A stretch of DNA of 63,660 bases, counting the filler, from Dugesia japonica (Eukaryota): NCBI GenBank assembly GCA_001938525.1. It is 7 parts of 7 records of this genome, joined end to end, with 100 filler letters (N's around TTAATTAATTAA, not from the genome) between each part and the next. Parts side by side here need not be neighbours in the genome. Positions count along the whole stretch, not along the records: positions 45,270 to 54,515 come from MQRL01624925.1; positions 54,616 to 63,660 come from MQRL01617673.1; 5 more parts are not named here. One strand, 5' to 3'. Position numbers and translations under genes: made by a program. Of this stretch, positions 54,163 through 63,660 are shown piece after piece. How positions within the stretch are numbered: the stretch's first letter is position 1; each line of letters begins with the position of its first letter. The notes beneath the pieces were generated by a model, which made no database searches, was not told the DNA's origin, and worked only from the letters and a program-made list of their open reading frames with translations.

Positions 54163-54758
54163 TAATAATAATAATAATAATAATAGTAAACGTTTTTAAA
54201 ACCAAAGAATATATTAAAAAAACCATCTTTCAATATTTGTTCAGAAACTAATATCTGCCATTAAATTCTCAATAAATTCTTCATTTCCTTCTGTGCAAAA
54301 AGACATGCACAAATGACGCATATTTGAATACATAACCATGTTGAAGTTTGATGAGCATATTTCACTATGATAATCTTTTAACAAATTAAGATTCCAATAA
54401 GTTTCAAATTTTTCATTTGAATCTTTCAAAATCATCTTCATTTCTTTCTTATCATTATCAATATTTATCGATTGAAAATGATTTTCTCTACAAATTATAT
54501 TTATATTTACTGATTNNNNNNNNNNNNNNNNNNNNNNNNNNNNNNNNNNNNNNNNNNNNTTAATTAATTAANNNNNNNNNNNNNNNNNNNNNNNNNNNNN
54601 NNNNNNNNNNNNNNNGAAAGATATCATGTATTCATCATCATCGTCGATAACAACATCTTGATTAAATAGTTCTATTTCTTTCAACATTTTATTCTGTTTT
54701 TCTGACAGAATTACATCATATATTTTTGAAAAGTGTACAATGCTTACAATAACTTAAT

Positions 54759-55220
54759 TTAAACAATGGCATTTAAATTATTAATTAAACTAATTAATTC
54801 TTTTAATATTTCATCAACAATTGATCGATAATAAAATGTTTTTATTCNAACTAGTACAATCTTTCCACTTTAAAATAAATTAACACATATTGGATCATAT
54901 TTTGAAATTCTTAATACTGGAAATATTTCTGGTTCATAGATACATTTGATTACTTTGTATAATTCATATAAATTAATCATAGTTCTCAAATCATGGATAA
55001 CTGTAAGTGATTGTAATTGAATATTTTGGATATTATACTATAAATCCTTTGGTCTTATTGGTTTCTTACAACCCATGATTCTACAACGTCCTGATTGAAA
55101 GAAAACAAGGGTATACTTGTCTGTTTTCTCTACTACTTGAGCAGGTTTTGCACTGGGAAATCTCATTTTTCTGGTCACTTCCTTATCAACGTTTCTTCTG
55201 TAATTAATATTTGCAATCAT
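54759..55220 (-). pseudogene. TATA-binding protein (TBP)-like gene inside a Polinton, two in-frame stops
   Basis: One frame of 153 codons plus stop: repeat 1 IANI..TLVFFQSGRCRIMGCK; repeat 2 IQNIQLQSLTVIHDL..INLYEL..CIYEPEIFPVLRI..CVNLF*SGKIVLVxIK, matching TBP YEPELFPGL..LIFVSGKVVLTGAK. Confidence 0.8.
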
Positions 55221-55310
55221 TATTTATGAATAATTCTTTGTCAATCGTGTATATATACCTGTATAAACAATATTAATTCAATTGATACGTTTTAACAAGC
55301 ATAAATTATA

Positions 55311-55931
55311 ATGGAATTAAGAAATGATGCTGTATATCAAATTGTTGAACCTAGTGGTAGTGGAAAAACGTGGTTTGTATGTAAATTATTGAAATCAAAC
55401 TTGTTTAAATCGCAATTCAATAAAATATATTAGCACAGAGGTGCAAATGAAGAGCATGGAATAACTCAATCAGCATTTTGCGATATAAAATTGACCATAA
55501 TTAATGGGTTTGATGACAATTGGAGCAAGAGATTGAAAACAGGTGATGTTATTGTTAATGATGATCTGTATCAAGAAGCTAATAAAGAAAAGGATGTTAA
55601 TAATTTATTCACAAAAATTTCAAAACATTGTAGTGTTACTGTAATATTCATTACACAAAATCTATTCCATCAAGGTGGTGATCATAGAACACGTAATTTA
55701 AATGTTCAATATTTGATTATATTTAAAATTCTAAGAGGCTAAACTGTTGTGGATATTTTAGCAAGACAAGCGTATCCAAATAATCGACAATTTCTATTAG
55801 ATTCATTTAAAGATGCAACAGTAATGCCTCATGGATATATTTTTCTGCATTTTACTCAGCAATGTACTGATGATCTTAGAGTTCGAACTGATGTTTTCAA
55901 TCCAAATGGTTTTACAATTTATAAACAATAA
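55311..55931 (+). pseudogene. Polinton A32/FtsK-like packaging ATPase
   Basis: IVEPSGSGKT (Walker A), VIVNDDL (Walker B), VIFITQNLF, HGYIFL; one frame with two stops. Confidence 0.9.
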
Positions 55932-56686
55932 AAGTAATTTGATTATTTCCTTACAAAATGTCTAAATTTTCTTAACTTTTAGTAGATCCTCATACAATTA
56001 AACCGGTTAGCAATCACATGACTAATTAACATGAATATATAAAGATAATATTGTTCCAAACGATATCAAATCGATAAAAAATGCGATCAAGACCTCAATA
56101 AAGAGAACAATAAAGAAGTCTTAAAGAAGTCGATAAAACGACGATAAAGGAAGCATTCAAAGAATGTGAACAAGGATCAAACAAAGAATGTGAAAAAGAA
56201 AAAGACAAAGAAACAGCCAAAGAAGAATGAAAACATAAAGATTCAATCAACTGGTAAATGTTTCAAGCTATAAACAATCTAACCATGGGTTAATCAATAA
56301 ATATTATGGCATTTCAACAAAGTCTTCCTTATTTAAAATTTTTTTAAAGGCTACACAATAGTCTACAGTGAAAATGTTACAGTCATTTACAAAGTTTGTT
56401 ATTGATGATTTATTAGGGATAGTTGTAAATATTGTTCGAGAAAATGCAATTCTCAACCAAGATAAAAAACTTATTTTACAACATCATAAAAAGCCATTGC
56501 TTTAAATTGTTAAAACTAAGATTAAGAAATTAATGAGAAAAATAATTTATAATCAAAAGGATGGATTCATTGCTGCATTATTACCAATAACATTAGCAGC
56601 ATTAGGATTAACAAATTTATTATAAATAATGATTAATAAAGAGTCATTATCACAAATTTATTTGAAATTTATCTCAAACTGTTGTA

Positions 56687-57825
56687 ATGGAAGCAATATG
56701 GACAGACCCAAAAGATTCAGCAGGATTCCAAGGAGTGGAAAAGTTATGGAAAGCGACAAAAAGCTCAAAAAGCGAGACAAAACAGTGGTTATCGAACCAG
56801 TTAACGTACATTCTGAACAAGCCAATGTTGAAAAGATTCCAAACAAGACCGTATAAAACCTATGGGATTGATGACTTATGGCAAATGGATTTGATGGAAA
56901 TGATTCCATATTCAAGAATTAATAAAGNNTACAAGTATATTTTAACATGTATCGATGTATTTAGTAGATTTGCAAGAGCTATACCTATAAAATCAAAATC
57001 ATCTATCAAAATGGAAACTGCAATCCAGATAATGTTTAACGATGGTCATCCAGATAATTTGCAAACTGATTTAAGAAAGGAAATTTATAATTCAAATGTT
57101 AAGAATATTATTAATCATCTAAAAATTAACCATTATTCCGTATTTTCACAACACAAAGCGGTATATGTTGANNNNNNNNNNNNNNNNNNNNNNNNNNNNN
57201 NNNNNNNNNNNNNNNNNNNNNTTATTAATCATCTAAAAATTAACCATTATTCCGTATTTTCACAACACAAAGCGGTATATGTTGAAAGATTTAATCGAAC
57301 ATTGAGAGATGCATTAAAAAAGTACATTGTGCATACTGGTAATAAGACATGGATTCATGTAATTCAGAAAATGATTGACAGTTATAATCATACAAGTCAT
57401 AAAGGATTAAATGGAGCAAAACCCATTGATGTATCATCTGACAATTCAATGAAATTATGGTAATTGAAACAAAAACCAAAAGTAATTATGAAACCTAAAT
57501 ATAAAGTTGGAGATCATGTAAGAATTTCAAAGACATCAGCTTCACTATTTATCAAAATTTTTAATAATTATTGGAGTGATGAAGTATTTCAAATTTCAAA
57601 GATCAATACCAAGCAGAACCCAGTCATGTATGTGATTAAAGATCATGAAGAAAATATTATTGTTGGAAAATTCTATGAACAAGAATTATAAGAATAGAAG
57701 AGCCATAAGTATTTAGAATAGAAAAGATTATAAAGTCAAAAGGAACTGGTAAATATAAACAATTATATGTAAAATGGTATGGTTATGAAAACCTACTTGG
57801 ATATCTTCATCTCAATTAGTTAACA
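56687..57825 (+). pseudogene. Polinton integrase with chromodomain (copy 2)
   Basis: LWQMDL, CIDVFSRF, LQTDLRKE, VERFNRTLR, KYKVGDHVRI, GKFYEQEL, FRIEKII..LYVKWYGY. Confidence 0.93.
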
Positions 57826-58108
57826 ATGAACAACGCGAATAATTTCTATAGAATTAGAACAGTATGTATCTGTATGGTTGCAAACAATTATTCGATTTGC
57901 TTTGCCTATTTTTAGACGTATTAGTGCAATTGGAATGAAAACAGCACAAGATGTAATAAATAATTAAGAAAAATTTTACCATCACTCCAAACAAATGCAA
58001 TGAACGAATTTAACGATTTTTTAGATTCAAATAAGCTTACAAAAATTATCTCAAAACCAAAGGGTGAAGAAATTCTTAAAAGAAGTGGAATAAAACGTAA
58101 TCAGACTA

Positions 58109-58942
58109 ATGATTTGTGGAAAAACAGATTTGTGCATTTTTGATAGACAACCAAGCATTAGATCATCAAAACCATAGTCTTTATGTGGACCTCTAGAACT
58201 AGACTTCATGGATCAACTAAATTATCTTATTCCAGGTATCAATGCTCACATTTGATTGAAACGATCAGAGGCAAAAATGTGTCTAGAATCCAAACTTGAT
58301 GAACCCAAATATAAAATATTGGATGCAAAATTAATGATTAAAAGAGTTCGAGTGAATTCATCAGTACTAACAGTTCACCGAATCGGATTAACCAAACAAA
58401 ATGCTATTTATCCTATAAGAACCAAGGAAATTGTAGCATATGCAATAAGTAAAGAAAGTTCATTATTTTATAAGGAGCAAATCTTTGGANATCGTAGATT
58501 ACCAACTTTTATTCTGGTTACATTTCAAGATGGAGAACGATATAAAGGAATTTATCAAATACGAAGCTCATTTTTCGATAATTTCAATGGTAAATCTTTG
58601 ATATTGTCTAAGAATGTGGATTTTAGAGAGACTTACATGCAAGATTTTAAAAATAATGATTATAGTACAACATATATGGAATCGATAGTTAGAAATATGG
58701 GATATCTAAACAAGAATATTAATTGTGGAATAATACTAGAAGATTTTAAGAACAAATATTCATTTTTCACTTTTGTCCATGCTCTAGACTTTTATATATA
58801 TCAGAGTCAATTACCGGTGCAGGGTAATCTTAAGTTGAGCATCAAATTCGATTTTTCATTAGTGGCACCAGCACATGTAATAATTTACGGAGGGTTTGAA
58901 AACGAGATTCAAATTACTGCCAAGAGACAAATATTGCTTTAA
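58109..58942 (+). pseudogene. Polinton major capsid protein (copy 2, internally deleted)
   Basis: MICGKTDLCIFD jumps to LCGPLELDFMDQ; the 228-aa C-terminal ORF aligns with copy 1. Confidence 0.88.
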
Positions 58943-59056
58943 ACAATCCGCTTTGGTTTAAACAATCTCAATGTCGTGAAAAGTTTAATAAAATGAAGTA
59001 AGATTTTATTATTCAAATAATTAATTTATTTAATTAGTTCAATTCAGATCGATAAA

Positions 59057-59366
59057 ATGGGAAAAGAATGGTTAGAATTAGATTTGATTAGGAGTGTATT
59101 CATTAGACAAGATTGCATATATTCCAGTCAATTGAGCACTAGTAGTCAACACACAGAGCTCAAATCTCGGAGGTGAACATTGTTTAGCACCTGAATATAT
59201 CCTAGTATTTGACCCATTTGGATTTTATTATCCATCAATACTAGTATCGCAGCTATCGAGTTTATCCAAACCTATTACTTACAATAGAACACAGTGTCAG
59301 AAATTACTCGCTACTTATTGTGGTCCGCTTTGCTTATTATGGTTACGAAAACAACATAGCGTATGA
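59057..59366 (+). pseudogene. Polinton cysteine protease (copy 2)
   Basis: VVNTQSSNLGGEH, VFDPFG, Q.....TYCGPLCL. Confidence 0.8.
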
Positions 59367-60199
59367 AGAAATGTTCTGAAAAAGTATCAAATATTCTAAA
59401 AATCAACATGTCGGATGAAATTTTGTATTGAATAAATGTATTGAATAAAAAACGTGTTACTTGTTTAATTTGTTATTTTACTGTGTAAATTTTTAATATG
59501 AATATTTTTTATTGTTAAATTATTTAAATTAATATTTTATTGTATATGAATTAATATTGAATTTTATTTGAATTTATGTTTGAAAAAATTCCATTTGAAA
59601 TAATATTTTATTGTATTTGAATTAATATTGAAATTATCTTTGAAAAATAATTAATTAAATAATTAATAATTTTAATTAATTCATTAAGGAGGACAATAAT
59701 TCTTTTTTTATATTATAATTTGAATTTTTCTTTTGATTATTTTTCAATTTATTATTATTATTAATATTATTCTTTATCAATATTTTTATCATTTATCATT
59801 TTATTATTATCATTATTATTATTATCATTGTCATTATCATTATTATTATCATTACTATTATCATTTTTTATTATCATTATTATTTTATCATTTTATTATT
59901 ATCATTTAATTAATTATTTTAAATTATTATTATTATTCGAACATTTTAAAATATTTGTTAAATTATAAGATATTTTATAAGTTAGTTTTTTCTAGGCCCA
60001 TGACCATTATACCCAAATTATTGCGGTAGAAGTATGCATAATACTGATTGCCATACTGTAATGGAGAAGTATTATGGCCATCATTTTAACAAGGTGGTAT
60101 ATTACATATGTCCCACAGTTTCCACATTAAGCATAGAATGATACACAGATTTCTATAGGATGCATGCACAACATTTAACTGAATTTAATAAGAAAACAT

Positions 60200-63100
60200 T
60201 ATTTTCAAAATTNATGAATGATTATGTTCCTTTATGTAAAAACTAAAATTAGAAATAATAGATATAAGTAACGATGAACCCAAGATTAAGGTTGAGGTAA
60301 CTGATACTCTAGTTGAGATCCAGTTGTCGATCTATCTGTTAATTCAATTAATGATCCTACTGTTGATCTATTAGGTTCTTCTATAAATCTTGTTGCTCTT
60401 GTTGCGGATCTAGTTGTCGATCTATCTGTTAATTCAGTTAATGAACCGACTGTTGATCTATTTGGAGATTCTAAGGTTATTGATGATAAAATAGGAAGTT
60501 TTAAGGTGATTGACTAATGGTCTGATGATGATACTTTTGATAAGGAAATAGGTGATGAAGACGATGTTCTGAATACGTTTTTTCAAGAAAACAAAGTTGG
60601 ATGTTTTCTTAATCTTGATGAACCAATTGTTGAGACAGATTTACGTAAATACTATCGAGTATTAAAATTAGATGTTTTTAATTATAATATGAGAGAAATT
60701 ATGTTTTCTGAAAAATTAATTAAAAAATTATTAACATTAATTAAGGAAATGAAAAATGTAAAAATTTAATTTGGTATTGAAGTTGAATTTGTTAAGAATG
60801 AGGAAATTAAGACTTATAGGCTTTCAAATAGGGCTTTTCCATTGACCGATGATTTCTTTGATGTAGGCATTAAACAATTAAATGAGAAAATAGTATTAAG
60901 ATCTGAATTAGGTAGTAGTTGGATCTTAAACTGAATTTTAGAAATTTTTTTAAATCAACTAAGATAAGTAATATACGTAGACTCTCTGGAAGTAGCTGGA
61001 TTGATACTCCAAAAGATTTAAAAGATAAACTAGCTATAGTTAACGTTAAGATTACTAATGATTTATGTTTCATATATAGTATTATTGTTGTACTTAAGAA
61101 AGAAATAGTAGATAAAAAGCATAGGAATCGTGAGAAACAATATAAAAAATAACTAAGTGAGTTAAATTTGACCATACCGACATGCAAATGAGGTTGTCTA
61201 ATATTCCAAAGTTTGAAAAGGCTATCCCAGGACTTTCTATAAATCTCTTGTCTTGGAATTCTGTTTTTGTTGACGCTTGTAAGGATAATGAGTTGGTAAT
61301 GAAACATCCAAATTTGTATATAATTCACAGAATTAAGGTAGAGGGTGGTCAGAAAATTAATCTTTTATTGTTAGAAAATAAGGATAAGTTTCATTACACA
61401 CTGTAATAAATTTAAATAGGCTAATGAATCGCGATGTTAAAAAGAATGGGACGTGAATTCGATCTACTTAGTGTCCAAACTTCTTGAATGGGTTTAGAGA
61501 TAAGACAGCGTTTAAAAAACATGAACCTCTTTGTGAAAGGATTCAAACTGGTACTACGTTGTATAGAATGCCTGATGAGAAAGAGTTAATATTTAAGGAT
61601 TACTCTAAGATGATCACTCCTCCTCTTGTAATTTACGCTGATTTTGAATCCGTTTTAGCAAAAGATCCAAAATACTTTCAACGACATGAACCGATTTCTG
61701 CTGGACTTTTACTAGTAAATAATTTTACTAATGAAAATAAGTATTATCAATTCATAGGTTATGATTACATTACCGCTTTCTTACAAATGATTGAGGAATT
61801 AATTAAAAACATTGTCCAACCTTATTATGAGAAAAATAGTAAAAAGACAATTATAATTTCACATGATGAGGAAATAAGTTTTAAAAGATCTACGATCTGT
61901 TATTTGTGCAATAAACAAATAATTAATCCAGTANNNNNNNNNNNNNNNNNNNNNNNNNNNNNNNNNNNNNNNNNNNNNNNNNNTTAAAAGATCTACGATC
62001 TGTTATTTGTGCAATAAACAAATAATTAATCCAGTAAGAGACCATAATCATTTTACCAGTAAATATATAGGACTTGCTTCCAAATGTAATGTAAGTAGGA
62101 AAATAAGGTTTGATCTTCCGGTTGTTTTTCATAATTTAAAGGGATATGATCTCCATTATATATATATTGAAATACGGTCTTAGTAATTGTTCAAATTGTG
62201 AGATTTCTTGTATTCCACTTACTTGTGAAAAATTCTTAAGTTTGACTGCACATATATCTAAAGTATCAGTAAAGTTTATAGACAGTTACCAATTTATAAA
62301 CTCTTCTCTTGATGCTGCCGTTAAGACAATAAATTCCACTCCATTAACATCAAAGGAGTTTAATGATAGTAGACTTATTAAGACTAATGGGATTTTTTCT
62401 TATAACTTTGCGACTAGTTTAGAAGTGTTAGAGGAAACATTATCATTACCACCAATTTGGGAAGGAGTTTCTGAGGAAAATTATTTGAAAGCTGTTAAAA
62501 TGTGGGAATTTTCTGGTTGTAAGAATCTTTTAGACTATATGATGGTCTATTTGAAACTTGATGTTTTTCTTTTGACTGATTTCTTTCTGCAATTTTTAGC
62601 TAAATCTTTAGAACATAATATATTAGAATCACTTAATTTCTGCCTTGATGACTTTAAATGAACCAATTGAGCTTTTGATCGACAATGATATGTTACTTTC
62701 TTTGAAGGTGGAATTAGAGGATGTCTTACTTTTGTGAATAAACATTATGTAGCTACAGATGATAATACTGAGCTTCTATACATAGATATTAATAATTTAT
62801 ACGGTTGGGCTTAAAGTCGAAAGCTTCTTTATAAGAACTTTGAATGGATTTATTCTGACTTGGAAAACGTTTTTATCGATTGTAGGACTTTAGACTTAGA
62901 TTCATTGTCTTATGGTTATAGTGTTGAAGTTATTATGTTGATTTTTAACAATTTACATAACAATTTAAGAGATTCGCCAGTTGCTGCTGAAGAACAATTA
63001 GTACGAGGTAAAAAATTTAAAAAATTATTACTTACACATCATCCAAAGAAAAACAACGTAATACATTGGAGATTACTTCAATTGCATTTACAAATTGGGG

Positions 63101-63660
63101 TTGAACTGACTAAAATTCATAGGGCTGTAAAATTTGACCAAGATTATATATTCAAGGCGTATGTAGATAGAAACACTGCATTAAAAAGTAAAAATGAGTT
63201 AGATAAAAATTAATTTAAACTACTCAATAATAGTCTTTACTGTAAGACTGTTGAAAATCTTTAGAAGAGGATGAATCTCCGTCTCTGTAACTCTGATAAA
63301 AAGTGAGTGGCCTATACTTCCAAACCGAGTTTTAGGAAAACATTTAAAATTGATAAAGATTTAATCGCTGTTCAACTTAATAAAGATGTTATTTGTTTGG
63401 ATCGTTCGAGTTAAATTGGAAAATCTGTACTTGATTTATCTAAGCTTAAGATGTATCAGCTTCAGTATATAGATTTAGAAAAATACCGTAAGGAAGAGAA
63501 ATGTTGTATAAATATTGTTGCCGGCTACACAGATAGTTTCTTTCTAGAGGTTAAATATATTAAATTAGAGAAATTGTTATACTTAGTGGTTCAAGATAAT
63601 CTTCTTGACACCTCAAATTATGCTAAAGATCATCCACTTTTCAATAATGACTTGAATTCT
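60200..63660 (+). pseudogene. Polinton protein-primed family B DNA polymerase, degraded, runs off the window
   Basis: VIYADFES (~61628), RDHNHFTSKY..CN, VVFHNLKGYD, FIDSY, YIDINNLYGW (~62779), KLLNNSLY (~63217), YTDSF (~63526). Start position approximate. Confidence 0.93.

Noticed and set aside
54759-55220. Calling this the host TBP gene
   Set aside because: Too diverged, shortened first repeat, intronless, carries stops and is embedded among Polinton genes; no gene symbol assigned.

Overview
Very AT-rich eukaryotic DNA, most plausibly a planarian/flatworm (inferred from the GPCR type and TE content; not proven). Six identical 100-bp linkers (44 N + TTAATTAATTAA + 44 N) split it into seven 8-10 kb contigs, so adjacency across them is not assured. 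The only intact host gene is an intronless rhodopsin-class GPCR (7728-8822), preceded by a 2.5-kb region dense in T-box-like and Fox-like motifs. The rest is decayed mobile DNA: Tc1/IS630 and mariner elements, Penelope-like retroelements with hammerhead-like motifs, a Buster-type hAT, two Gypsy gag-pro(-RT) remnants, a large Gypsy-type element with ~5.5 kb of extra ORFs including an env-like frame, and several Polinton/Maverick pieces. Between them two diverged virus-like Polinton copies carry ATPase, integrase, penton, major capsid, protease and pPolB, and there is a 2-kb non-autonomous copy with TIRs and a 6-bp TSD. Top candidate for novelty: one Polinton carries a ~153-codon TATA-binding-protein-like gene (54759-55220, minus), head-to-head with its packaging ATPase across a 90-bp TATA-containing spacer. 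All calls come from reading motifs by eye; no searches were run.
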